From Flavilitoribacter nigricans DSM 23189 = NBRC 102662 (GTDB lineage: Bacteria > Bacteroidota > Bacteroidia > Chitinophagales > Saprospiraceae), in contig NZ_PDUD01000019.1 in assembly GCF_002646595.1 (NCBI RefSeq), positions 109,128 to 173,127 of the forward strand: 64,000 bases of DNA, given 5' to 3'. The first letter of the stretch is position 1. Each line of letters starts with the position of its first letter. Positions 17,617 through 27,164 of this stretch are shown piece by piece. A program made the translations under genes and the position numbers. A model generated the notes under the pieces. It was not told the DNA's origin. It was given only the letters and a program-made list of their open reading frames with translations, and searched no databases.

Positions 17617-19659
17617 TTAGTGGATATACCAGGAGCGCACGCTACCGATAGTAACCGGCACGACATCACTGACATCGACAGTATAGCGGTACACTTTTCT
17701 GGCCTTTTCGTAGCGTTGCAGGGGATCAAAGAAGATCAGTTGTACATCGTATCCATCGACGCCGGGACGTACGATCGGACTCTTCGTTACTTTGATATCA
17801 GTGAGTTGGAGTGAATCTGCAGCTGCTGCCTGGAAAACACTATTGGCAGTGAAAGCATTAGTAGCCGCATAGTTGAGCGCCCGTTCCTGTGGAGTAAGTC
17901 CGAAGTTGCGGAATTCGTAGTAAACACGTTCCAGGAAATTAGCCAGTGCTTCAATGGTAGAGGTATCGCCCACTGCTTCTGCCAGGGCTTGGGTGGACCA
18001 TTCGGCCATTCCCCGCAGAGAAGGTACGATAGCCGGAACTACCTGCCCGTTGAGCAAAGTCACTTTACCCGCAATTATACCCGGCACAGCAACTCTTTCC
18101 ACACCGTTCTCCTCTAATTGTCCTTTCAATGAATCGACCAGTCGCTCGTAGGTAAGGTGGGCGTATGCTCCCAGGGGATGAATGGCGTAAATGGGCGTTC
18201 CCTCCTGTTCCAACGTCCAGATAAGCTCCGTAGCTTCGTACATATTGCCTGATTCCAGGTGATCAATTACCACCTGAGGATCGTTCAGGTTATCATTGAT
18301 ATGTTGTAGGAATGAGTCGCGCCGGGATTCATTGACAAAGTCATAGCCAATGGTACCCAGAGCGTATACTTTCTGGTGAGTGGCACCGGCATTTCCTTTC
18401 TTTCCACCACAGCTACATCCTCCACTTTCTTTTTTCCCACCGCAACCACATCCGCAGGAGGGCTCGATCTCAGAGGGAGAAATACGGGGCAAATCGGTGG
18501 TAACAGTGATATCTGATATGGCCTGGCTCAAGGATTCGTTAGTTTTGGCTTCGGAAAAGTTTTCCATTGGTTGTAATTCTAATGATTCTGAAAGTTGAAC
18601 CTGCACGGAAGCACCTTCATTCCGTACATCCTGGTCCAGTTCGGATAGTTTTTTATGGACATTTTCCATGGTAGAAGAATTTTTTATGTTAATTAATGGA
18701 GAATTGGTATCGATTGGAGTGGCCAGCTGTGCTGCCCCTGAGGTGAAGTCTTCCATCCGTTCTGCCGGTCTCACCTTCGCCGGAAGGATCAACTCCTGTA
18801 AAGCTGCTTGAACATTGAGCGTGCCTCGCAAAAAGCGACTGCACTCTTCGATATTTCGATCCGGACAGGGATTTGCCGTCTGAAGCAAAATATTCTTTAT
18901 GCGATGGGGATCAGGTTGTTCGCCTCTTTTTATTAGCAGACTGAGTAATAAGGCCACCACCCCGGAAACGTAGGGAGTAGCAAAGCTGGTACCGGATTTT
19001 GGTCCGTACCGACCGTTGGTCAAGGCCCCGTTAATATTTCTGCCCGGAGCGAGCAGTCCGTTGGTGAGATAGGCATCGCCCCAGTTGCTGTCAGGAAGAG
19101 GTATACCGGAAATATCCATTGCTCCTACCGTTAATACGGTAGGTACAGCAGCTGGGACATGTAGGCAACGACATCCGTTATTTCCAGCGGCCGCAACGAC
19201 CAGTATATTTTCTTTATCACACTGCTCTAAAGCACGCGCCAATACCTCATCCGGTTCACCAAAATCATCCAGTTCCCCGGCGCTGATATTGATTACGTGT
19301 ACTTTATGTTGAATCGCTTTGTTAATTGCCCTGGCCAGATCGAGTTGAGTAGCCAACTGTACTTTCTTATCAGACGTCATCTCAAATAGCGGAATGATAA
19401 TTCCGGTCACTTGGGGCGCAATCCCTTTGACCAGCGAATGATGCTGGCCAAAAATGATACTGCTGACGTGGGTTCCGTGATCGGAAGGTTCGCAGCTGGC
19501 CTCATCATCCCCGTATATGCTAACCTGGGACAATTGAGCTCCAGCCAGCGCCGGATGATCCAACTCCGCCGGACCGTCGATAATAGCTATGCGAATATCA
19601 GGTTCACCCAGGGTCAGTGCCCACAGGCGACCAATATCCTCGTGGACTTGATCGTACAT
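17617..19659 (-). CDS. subtilisin-like (S8) serine protease with a ~300-aa C-terminal domain resembling the PatA/PatG-family C-terminal DUF
   Basis: Catalytic triad motifs 'IAIIDG' (Asp), 'DHGTHVS' (His), 'GTSFATPYVSG' (Ser). No signal peptide. Gly/Cys-rich linker 'SCGCGCGGKKESGGCSCGGKKGNAG'. The C-terminal domain carries 'VYALGTIGYDFVNESRRDSF', recalled to be characteristic of cyanobactin protease C-terminal domains. Confidence 0.75.
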   Translation of the reverse strand: MYDQVHEDIGRLWALTLGEPDIRIAIIDGPAELDHPALAGAQLSQVSIYGDDEASCEPSDHGTHVSSIIFGQHHSLVKGIAPQVTGIIIPLFEMTSDKKVQLATQLDLARAINKAIQHKVHVINISAGELDDFGEPDEVLARALEQCDKENILVVAAAGNNGCRCLHVPAAVPTVLTVGAMDISGIPLPDSNWGDAYLTNGLLAPGRNINGALTNGRYGPKSGTSFATPYVSGVVALLLSLLIKRGEQPDPHRIKNILLQTANPCPDRNIEECSRFLRGTLNVQAALQELILPAKVRPAERMEDFTSGAAQLATPIDTNSPLINIKNSSTMENVHKKLSELDQDVRNEGASVQVQLSESLELQPMENFSEAKTNESLSQAISDITVTTDLPRISPSEIEPSCGCGCGGKKESGGCSCGGKKGNAGATHQKVYALGTIGYDFVNESRRDSFLQHINDNLNDPQVVIDHLESGNMYEATELIWTLEQEGTPIYAIHPLGAYAHLTYERLVDSLKGQLEENGVERVAVPGIIAGKVTLLNGQVVPAIVPSLRGMAEWSTQALAEAVGDTSTIEALANFLERVYYEFRNFGLTPQERALNYAATNAFTANSVFQAAAADSLQLTDIKVTKSPIVRPGVDGYDVQLIFFDPLQRYEKARKVYRYTVDVSDVVPVTIGSVRSWYIH

Positions 19660-19765
19660 CGTTAAAAATTATTTTCCTGTTTGATAAGAAGGGATACTGT
19701 AGAAAGATGACCTTACAAAGGTATAGAGCGCTACCAACTAGGATTTGTCCGTACTGTGCATCATT

Positions 19766-20476
19766 TTACCATTTTGGAGCGAGATTCGGATTACCCTTAC
19801 CATAAATACTAGAGAATCTGGACGGCGCACAACCGAATTCCTTTTTAAAACTTCGGCAGAAACTGGTTTGATTGCTATATCCTACCTCGTCCGAAACTGC
19901 TCCCACCGAAGCTACATTGCTGAGTAATAGTTTTGCCGCGTATTGTAAACGAATAACACGGATAAGGTTTCCGGTTGAACAATTTATGATTATCCGTGTC
20001 CGCCGGTTGAGTTGTGAATTACTTAAACCAATACGATGAGCCAGAAAGGAAACATCCAGCTGAGGAGCGCTGATATACCGGAAAATCAACCGCACCAGCT
20101 TTCGAACAAAAATCTCCTCTTGAGTATCCAATGAAATAGTTAATTCAAGCCAATTGAAAGCTAAAGTCATTAAATTATCAACCCCGCATTCCCGATTATT
20201 TAAACTGCGATACCAAGCCGACTCAATATTATTCACCAAATTTCCAGATCCGGTTTCGGATAGCTCTTGGTCTTTAATGTAGATCGTTCTCCTTAGATCT
20301 TTTCGACCGTATAGCCAGCCCCTCCCACGGGGTTCTGCTTGCTGCTGAAATTTATTTTTTTCGAAAAATGCATACCGTTGGATATCCTCCCAGGACGCAA
20401 CATTATGGCGTTCCAAATTTGACTTTATCATAATTTTCAGGCTTGGATGTTTGTAAGTTACCGCTGTCCAGGGCAA
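19766..20476 (-). CDS. AraC-type HTH domain transcriptional regulator
   Basis: C-terminal dual HTH region (IGLSNSQLNRRTR ... GYSNQTSFCRSFKKEFGCAPSRF). Confidence 0.65.
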   Translation of the reverse strand: MPWTAVTYKHPSLKIMIKSNLERHNVASWEDIQRYAFFEKNKFQQQAEPRGRGWLYGRKDLRRTIYIKDQELSETGSGNLVNNIESAWYRSLNNRECGVDNLMTLAFNWLELTISLDTQEEIFVRKLVRLIFRYISAPQLDVSFLAHRIGLSNSQLNRRTRIIINCSTGNLIRVIRLQYAAKLLLSNVASVGAVSDEVGYSNQTSFCRSFKKEFGCAPSRFSSIYGKGNPNLAPKW

Positions 20477-20635
20477 AGCAGCTTCTGTGAACAGATGTCC
20501 TTCCGGACCAGTCCCTTAAATGAAATCAGCGGTGAGATTAGATCTTGGATTTAAACAAAGTTAACGTTCCGTATTCAGCTGCACTTGCACATTTCACGCA
20601 TCCATTTGCATTATCTGCGCAAGCTGTTTACGGGT

Positions 20636-21049
20636 TTAACGGGCAGCTCTCCGGCGAAACGTTGAGGGTGTACAATTGAACTGCTTCTTAAACCGGCGGC
20701 AAAAATAAGCCTGGTCCCGAAAGCCGCAGCGGTAGGCGATGTCTCCGATACTGGCCACATTGCTTTCCAGCAGACCGGCCGCGTGCCGGAGTCGAATTTC
20801 CAGGATCAGTTTTCCGGCGGATTGACCGATCAGTTTGTTGAGTTTGCGATTGAGCTGAGAAACGCTCAGGTGGATATTATCGGCCAGGTCCTGTACACTG
20901 AAATGCTCGTTCGCGAGGTTGCGTACGATGTGGTGCCGCACTTTTTCCAGAAATTGTTCATCCTGGGAGATGAGGTACCTGGTGATGCTTTGGGGCCATT
21001 GAAATTTGTCGGTAGTTAATGGTTTAAAATTGGGGGGTATTTCGTTCAT
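20636..21049 (-). CDS. short AraC-type HTH protein (137 aa, no obvious sensor domain)
   Basis: HTH_18/AraC signature (IHLSVSQLNRKLNKLIG ... GFRDQAYFCRRFKKQFNCTPSTF). Only about 30 residues precede the DNA-binding domain. Confidence 0.6.
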   Translation of the reverse strand: MNEIPPNFKPLTTDKFQWPQSITRYLISQDEQFLEKVRHHIVRNLANEHFSVQDLADNIHLSVSQLNRKLNKLIGQSAGKLILEIRLRHAAGLLESNVASIGDIAYRCGFRDQAYFCRRFKKQFNCTPSTFRRRAAR

Positions 21050-21290
21050 GACAGGTTTAGGTTTGAGGTTTAATCAGTTGCTTTTTGCTAATGATGCTTC
21101 TAAAGTAGATCGTCTGTACCTGGAACGCAACGACAATAGTTTTTAGAAATAACCCCAATCGCCTGCACAATTTTTCAAAATTCACCGCACAAATAAATGA
21201 TTTACAGTTAATTATATTTTAAAGCAAATAATATCAAAAATCAGTATATTGTAGGCTGACATCAATGAACTTTGGCTATTCTTCCCCCTT

Positions 21291-22718
21291 ATGCACGATA
21301 GCAAACTATTCCAATTACTCAAAGTACTGAGTGAACCAGAACTCAGACGGCTGAAACTTTTCCTCAAATCACCCTTTTTCAATACCAATGCTCATATCCT
21401 GAAGTTGTACCAGGTGCTGCGGAAGGATCATCCTTACTACCAATCGAAGAACCTGAGCAAGGAAAAGGTCTACCAAAAAGTTTTTCCCGGCACCGACTAC
21501 CACCATCAGAAGTTGCTCAATCTGATGTCGAATTTCACCGCCCTGCTCAAGGATTACCTGCGGAACATCCAACTGGAAAAGACCGCCCATCTGCAAGACC
21601 GGCTGCTGTTGCAATCCTTCGCCGAACGGCCCCTGGCCTATGAGACCTTCGAGCGGGAAATGTTTAAGGCCGACCGTGAACTGGATAAAGGCACGGTTCG
21701 GGACAGCATCTATTTCCAGCAGAAATTCTGGCTGGGGCAATCCTACTGCAATCACCCGGCTACGGATAAATTCAAATTATCTCCGGAGGTCTACGAAGCC
21801 TCCATGGAGCAACTGGATCAATGGTATATTCTGGAAAAGTTACTGCTGAGTTGTGAAATGAAGGCCCGGGAAAAGCCGCTTTCGGAAAATCACCGCATCT
21901 GGTTGTTGCAGGAGATTTCCGAAAAAGCGTATGACTTTCGGGAGGATGCCCCCGTCATTATGGCCTATCTGGAAATTTTGGAATTGCTGGAAACGGAAGA
22001 AACCGTTTCCTATACCCGGCTGAAAGATATTCTGTGGCGCAATTTTGCGGATTTCACCCGCCTCCAGCAACAACAGATCCTGCAGTGCCTGATCAATTTT
22101 ACGATCTTACGGGGGAATCAGGGGGAACAACTGTTCCTGCAGGAAAACCTGGAATTGTATCAGTTTGGCCTGACGGCCGGTCTCTTCCTGGAACACGGTA
22201 TGCTGAACGACATGCAGTTCATTAACATCGTCAACATCGCTCTGCGTACGGGCGCCACCCAATGGTGCCAGAAATTTATCCGGGAGCATAAAAAGAGGCT
22301 CGATCCGCGGGCCCGGAAGGATGCCGTTTCCCTGGCCAATGCGCTATGGCTGTATAAAACCCAGCAGGCCGAAACGGCAATTAATTTGCTGCAGGAGGTT
22401 GATTTTCTGAACGTTTACTACCAGATCCAGTCCCGGGTGCTGCTTCTCAAGATCTTCTATGAATCCTTCCAGCAAGACCTGAACTACTTCGAACTGATCA
22501 ACGCCCAGGTCGAATCCTTCGAACGCTATCTCCGCCGGAATGAGCAACTCGCCGACCATAAAAAAGAAGGTCTTCTCAATTTTGCCCTCGCGGTTAAACG
22601 ACTGATCCGCCTGCAAATGGAATTGCAGAATTCTGATCAGGAACGGACAAAAATGAGAAGACAACTCGAACAACAGATCCCGGTTTACAATAAATCCTGG
22701 TTACTGAACCAGATCTGA
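21291..22718 (+). CDS. hypothetical alpha-helical protein (475 aa)
   Basis: Long intact ORF with an ATG start. Leu/Gln-rich; no motif recognised. Confidence 0.45.
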   Translation: MHDSKLFQLLKVLSEPELRRLKLFLKSPFFNTNAHILKLYQVLRKDHPYYQSKNLSKEKVYQKVFPGTDYHHQKLLNLMSNFTALLKDYLRNIQLEKTAHLQDRLLLQSFAERPLAYETFEREMFKADRELDKGTVRDSIYFQQKFWLGQSYCNHPATDKFKLSPEVYEASMEQLDQWYILEKLLLSCEMKAREKPLSENHRIWLLQEISEKAYDFREDAPVIMAYLEILELLETEETVSYTRLKDILWRNFADFTRLQQQQILQCLINFTILRGNQGEQLFLQENLELYQFGLTAGLFLEHGMLNDMQFINIVNIALRTGATQWCQKFIREHKKRLDPRARKDAVSLANALWLYKTQQAETAINLLQEVDFLNVYYQIQSRVLLLKIFYESFQQDLNYFELINAQVESFERYLRRNEQLADHKKEGLLNFALAVKRLIRLQMELQNSDQERTKMRRQLEQQIPVYNKSWLLNQI

Positions 22719-22740
22719 AGTCGCCGGCAGTACCGGGCCG

Positions 22741-22780
22741 CTAGATCTCGGGCACATCCGTGATGATTCGGCTGCGCTTC
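22741..22780. repeat. intergenic repeat, copy 1 (AGATCTCGGGCACATCCGTGATGATTCGGCTGCGC)
   Basis: About 30 of 35 nt identical to a second copy at 26701-26740. Both lie just downstream of stop codons. Confidence 0.5.
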
Positions 22781-23441
22781 GGAACCGGTTCCGGGACCGC
22801 CCGCAGGGGTAGCATAGTCTGATTAAAATTTCTACTAAAAATGCGAAAGGGCTCAATAAGGGTCATTGGAAAAGCAATTTATTTGGGTTTAGAAAATGTA
22901 CGGATTGCAGAGCGGATCAGTTGACGGATCCCGGACACCCATCGGAACCGGTTAACGCCGGATCCTCATACCTCAGTCAGCATGCCAATTTCCTTTCGGA
23001 AGCATGCAGCACACCTTACAGAAAGATCGCCTTATTAGAGTAGGAACTGTTTGAATGGTAGGAACTAATGAAAAGAGCGGGAAATCGCTTTCCGCAAATT
23101 ACAAATTTTTACGTGTTTTCATTAGTACATTTTCGAGAAAAAACCGGATACATTGATGAGGCTGGTCAAAAAACTGCATTTCCGGCCCGACCGCAACGGG
23201 TCAGATCTACCGAAAGGTTGCCTAAAAAAGCCAGGACCTTTTCGGTTGCGGATCTTGCTGCCGCCCCTAATTTACGCGTTCCCGACCGGTCCGGGACAAG
23301 CTATTGATCATCCTTTTGCCCAATTATTGACGGGCTAACTTCCCCGAAGACGAGCCCCGGGATCTACATTTTATTTGGTCTGCCTTTCATTAGCTTCTTC
23401 TGATTGTTACTTTTGAGTTTGCTAAAAACCATCAAAACATT

Positions 23442-25010
23442 ATGAAAAGAACAAAACTTCTTTACTTATTCTTTTTTTTACTGATCGCTTTTTTAACTCC
23501 GGCCTGCGATAATACGGCCGACACCGAAGAGGAATCTACCGAACAGGCGGCCACCTCGCCCAACATCATCTTCATTTACGCCGATGATCTCGGTTACGGT
23601 GATGTCAGTGCCTACGAAGTGGGCCAGCTGTCCACGCCGAATATTGACCGGCTGGCCAACGGTGGAGTGAAGTTCACCAATGGTTACGCCTCCTCGGCGA
23701 CCTGTTCGCCCAGCCGCTACGCGCTGCTTACCGGCAGCTATCCGTGGCGTAACCCCCGGGCCAAAATCCTGCCCGGTACCGCTCCCCTATTAATCGATAC
23801 GGCCCAGATGACCGTCCCAAAAATGCTCCGCGCTCAGGGATACCATACCGGCGTTGTCGGCAAATGGCACCTCGGACTGGGTGACGGCAATACCGACTGG
23901 AACCAACACATCGCGCCCGGCCCCAATGAGGTTGGTTTCGACTACAGCTACATCATGGCCGCTACCCAGGACCGGGTGCCGACCGTTTATATAGAGGACG
24001 GCGACGTGGTCCGGCTGGACCCGAACGATCCCATCGAAGTGGACTATCGGCAGAATTTCCCGGGAGAACCCACCGGCAAGGACAATCCGGAAATGTTGAA
24101 AATGAAGTGGCACCACGGCCACAACAGCAGCATCGTGAACGGTATTCCCCGGATCGGGTTCATGAAGGGTGGCGATGCCGCCAAATGGGTGGACGAAAAT
24201 ATGGCCGACACCTTCCTGGTACGGGCCCAGGACTATATACGGATGCATAAAGAGGAGCCTTTCTTCCTGTACTACGCCCTGCAGCAACCGCACGTACCGC
24301 GCACACCGCATCCGCGCTTTGTCGGCAAATCCGGCATGGGCCCCAGAGGGGACGTGATCGTGGAGGCCGACTGGTGCATCGGCGAATTGCTGAAAACGCT
24401 GGAAGCGGAAGGTTTAATGGAGAATACCCTCATCGTGTTGTCCAGTGATAACGGTCCGGTGCTTAACGATGGTTATTACGATGATGCTGTGGAAAAGCTC
24501 GGAGACCACACGCCGTGGGGGCCACTGCGGGGAGGAAAGTACAGCCTGTTCGAAGCCGGCACCCGCGTACCCTTTATCTCCTACTGGCAGGGGCACATCG
24601 AACCGACGGTATCCGACGCGGTCATCTCGCAGATCGACCTTTTTGCTTCCCTGGCCGAACTGGTCGGAAGCGATGCCCGTACGGATGACAGTGAGGAAAT
24701 GCTGGATGTGCTAATGGGGGAAAGTCAGGATGGCCGCGATGAACTCATTCTGGAAGCGACCACCCGCACCGCCCTTCGCAAAGGAGACTGGATCCTGATC
24801 CCTCCTTACCAGGGACCGGCCGTCAATAAATCGGTTAATATCGAACTGGGGAATGCGGAGGACTTTCAGTTGTACAATCTGAAAGATGATCTCGGCCAGC
24901 AAAAAAATCTGGCGGAAGCCCAGCCGGAAAAGTTACAGGAAATGATCGCCGCTTTTCAGGCCATTCGCGGTACGGAATTCCAGGAAGTAGAACAACTGGA
25001 ACTGAAATAA
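23442..25010 (+). CDS. sulfatase (arylsulfatase family, Cys-type)
   Basis: Formylglycine motif 'CSPSRYALLTG', 'IFIYADDLGYGD' metal-binding N-terminus, lipoprotein-type signal peptide. Confidence 0.9.
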   Translation: MKRTKLLYLFFFLLIAFLTPACDNTADTEEESTEQAATSPNIIFIYADDLGYGDVSAYEVGQLSTPNIDRLANGGVKFTNGYASSATCSPSRYALLTGSYPWRNPRAKILPGTAPLLIDTAQMTVPKMLRAQGYHTGVVGKWHLGLGDGNTDWNQHIAPGPNEVGFDYSYIMAATQDRVPTVYIEDGDVVRLDPNDPIEVDYRQNFPGEPTGKDNPEMLKMKWHHGHNSSIVNGIPRIGFMKGGDAAKWVDENMADTFLVRAQDYIRMHKEEPFFLYYALQQPHVPRTPHPRFVGKSGMGPRGDVIVEADWCIGELLKTLEAEGLMENTLIVLSSDNGPVLNDGYYDDAVEKLGDHTPWGPLRGGKYSLFEAGTRVPFISYWQGHIEPTVSDAVISQIDLFASLAELVGSDARTDDSEEMLDVLMGESQDGRDELILEATTRTALRKGDWILIPPYQGPAVNKSVNIELGNAEDFQLYNLKDDLGQQKNLAEAQPEKLQEMIAAFQAIRGTEFQEVEQLELK

Positions 25011-25038
25011 CCGGCAACCGGTTTCGCTCACGGAGATT

Positions 25039-25079
25039 GGGAATGCAGGATTTACGTTGGAAAAGTCTCTGCATTCCCG
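25039..25079. repeat. hairpin plus repeat element downstream of the sulfatase stop; likely terminator
   Basis: 10-bp perfect stem GGGAATGCAG/CTGCATTCCC with a 20-nt loop. The 3' arm is part of the 14-mer TCTCTGCATTCCCG, which also occurs at 3696-3709. Confidence 0.5.
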
Positions 25080-25176
25080 ACCTTCCTGCTTCGGGTATCC
25101 ACGTATCATTCATGGCCGTGCCTGTCCTTTCACCTTATTTTAAGAGGGCCCCGCTCACCAGATCCAAATCCAGTCT

Positions 25177-26571
25177 ATGAAACTATTACATGTTCTCCTT
25201 CCAGTACTCCTGTTGTCCCTGATCGCCTGTAAAAGCTCCCGGGATCAGGCCACTACCCAGCGCCCGCCCAATATCATCTACATTATGTCCGATGATCAGG
25301 GATACGCCGATCTCGGCTGCTACGACAGTAAATTCGTACAAACGCCCAACCTGGACCGCATGGCCGCCGAAGGCATGCGTTTTACCCAGGTATACGCCGG
25401 CAGTCCGGTCTGTGCACCTACCCGCTGCGCGCTGATGACCGGCAAACACGACGGCCACCTCACCCGCCGGGACAATCGTACCACCGATGATGCCGATAAA
25501 CCCTTCATGCAACGGAAACTCGTCCCGCTGAAAGCCGAGGATTATACCATCGGCGAAATGATGCAGGATGCCGGTTACGCTACCGGAGCGATCGGCAAAT
25601 GGGGACTCGGTAATCCCGGCACCACCGGTACGCCCACGCTGCAGGGCTTCGACTATTTTTACGGCTATATCGATCAGGTACACGCTCATAATTACTATAC
25701 GGACTACCTGATGCGCAATACCGATACCGTGCCTATTCCGGAAAATCGCAACAACCAGCGCCAGGTGTACACCCACGATCTGATGGCCGCGGATGCTCTG
25801 GATTTTGTCCGCCAGCACCGGGAAGAACCCTTCTTCCTGTACCTCCCGTATACCACGCCGCACGGCCGCTACGAGGTGCCGGACAATTCTCAGTACGCCG
25901 GTCAGCCCTGGCCGGAGCAGGTAAAGAACTACGCGGCTATGATCACGCGCATGGATAAGGACATCGGGGAATTGTTCACCCTTCTGAAAGAACTGGGCCT
26001 GGATGAAAATACCATCGTTTTTTTTACTTCCGATCACGGTCCCAATCCTCCCTTCATCGAACCCCTGGAAAGCAACAAACCTTTCCGCGGCGTAAAACGC
26101 CAACTGCTGGAGGGTGGCCTGCGGGTACCGATGATCGTCCGCTGGCCGGGTAAGATCCGGGCGGGCACCGTCAGCGATTTTCCCTGGGCTTTCTGGGATG
26201 TGATGCCCACCATGGCCGAACTGGCCGCCACCCAAACACCGGAAAACATCGACGGTATATCCGTACTGCCTACCCTGCTGGGACAGCAACAGCAACCCCA
26301 CGATTATTTTTATTGGGAGTTTTACAGTCCCTTTCAGCAGGCCGTGCGGGTGGACCACTGGAAAGGAATCCGGCTGGGTACGGAAGAACCGATCCACCTG
26401 TTTGATCTGAACAAGGATCCCGAAGAACTAAATGACCTGGCGGGACAACATCCGGACATCGTACAGAAAATGGAAAATATCATGGCCGAAGCGCACACGC
26501 CCAGCCCGTACTGGCCCACCGTGGCGACAGCCGGAGAAGAAGCGAAAAAAATACTGTCGGCGAAGGAGTGA
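25177..26571 (+). CDS. sulfatase (Cys-type)
   Basis: 'CAPTRCALMTG' formylglycine motif, 'IIYIMSDDQGYAD', lipoprotein-type signal peptide. Confidence 0.9.
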   Translation: MKLLHVLLPVLLLSLIACKSSRDQATTQRPPNIIYIMSDDQGYADLGCYDSKFVQTPNLDRMAAEGMRFTQVYAGSPVCAPTRCALMTGKHDGHLTRRDNRTTDDADKPFMQRKLVPLKAEDYTIGEMMQDAGYATGAIGKWGLGNPGTTGTPTLQGFDYFYGYIDQVHAHNYYTDYLMRNTDTVPIPENRNNQRQVYTHDLMAADALDFVRQHREEPFFLYLPYTTPHGRYEVPDNSQYAGQPWPEQVKNYAAMITRMDKDIGELFTLLKELGLDENTIVFFTSDHGPNPPFIEPLESNKPFRGVKRQLLEGGLRVPMIVRWPGKIRAGTVSDFPWAFWDVMPTMAELAATQTPENIDGISVLPTLLGQQQQPHDYFYWEFYSPFQQAVRVDHWKGIRLGTEEPIHLFDLNKDPEELNDLAGQHPDIVQKMENIMAEAHTPSPYWPTVATAGEEAKKILSAKE

Positions 26572-26700
26572 TCCGAAAACGCAACGGGCCCAGCGGGAAT
26601 TGATCCCGTCGGGCCCGCATACTGGATGGCCGTTGCCGGTAAGGAAGCGCATCCGGACCGCCTGCAGGCCGCATCCGGATGAGATCAATTACCCTTCTGA

Positions 26701-26740
26701 TCAGATCTCCGGCACGTCGGTGATGATCCGGCTCCGCCCG
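26701..26740. repeat. intergenic repeat, copy 2 (AGATCTCCGGCACGTCGGTGATGATCCGGCTCCGC)
   Basis: Paired with 22741-22780. Lies downstream of the sulfatase stop. Confidence 0.5.
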
Positions 26741-27000
26741 GTTTTGTTACCGGCGGATCGGCGATCTATGCCCGGATGGACCGGAAAGCGTTCGTGTGTG
26801 GTTTTGATCAAGCGAATGTAGTTTCTCATTGGTCATGAAAATTTTAGATGTTTAAAAAATAGTTGCGCTTTTGAAAAAATTGGACGTGCTTATTGGAGAG
26901 AAACGCTTGTGCTTTATTCATCACAAAACTGTTATAAATATCCGGCCCGTATAAGCGTAAAATTGTGGAAAGTGCAGATTGGGTAAAAGCACGGCGGTTT

Positions 27001-27019
27001 ATAGGTATTTCTACCTGTT
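27001..27019. promoter_or_regulatory. palindromic operator-like site, copy 1 (ATAGGTATTTCTACCTGTT; core AGGTA-N4-TACCT)
   Basis: Exact 19-nt direct repeat of 27165-27183. Each copy is itself a 5-4-5 inverted repeat. Located in an AT-rich intergenic region. Confidence 0.45.
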
Positions 27020-27164
27020 GGGTTATTGATTTAATGATGAACCGCTTATTTTAATCGCCACTCAATACTTCGCAAAGTCCTTTATCCTGTTTATTATTTC
27101 CAGGAATAGGATTTATCCCGCTCTATACTGACCGGCCAGCTTCCGGGTACATTTATTGGAATCC

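Noticed and set aside
23068-23338. Two overlapping small ORFs (79 and 61 aa) in the 700-bp spacer before the first sulfatase
   Set aside because: No start context, Arg/Pro-rich, mutually overlapping; more likely non-coding leader sequence.
25186-26397. 403-aa minus-strand ORF
   Set aside because: Antisense to the sulfatase with the CAPTR motif; no features.
26432-26821. 129-aa Arg-rich ORF after the sulfatase
   Set aside because: Covers the intergenic repeat and terminator region. Extreme Arg/Pro composition; not coding.
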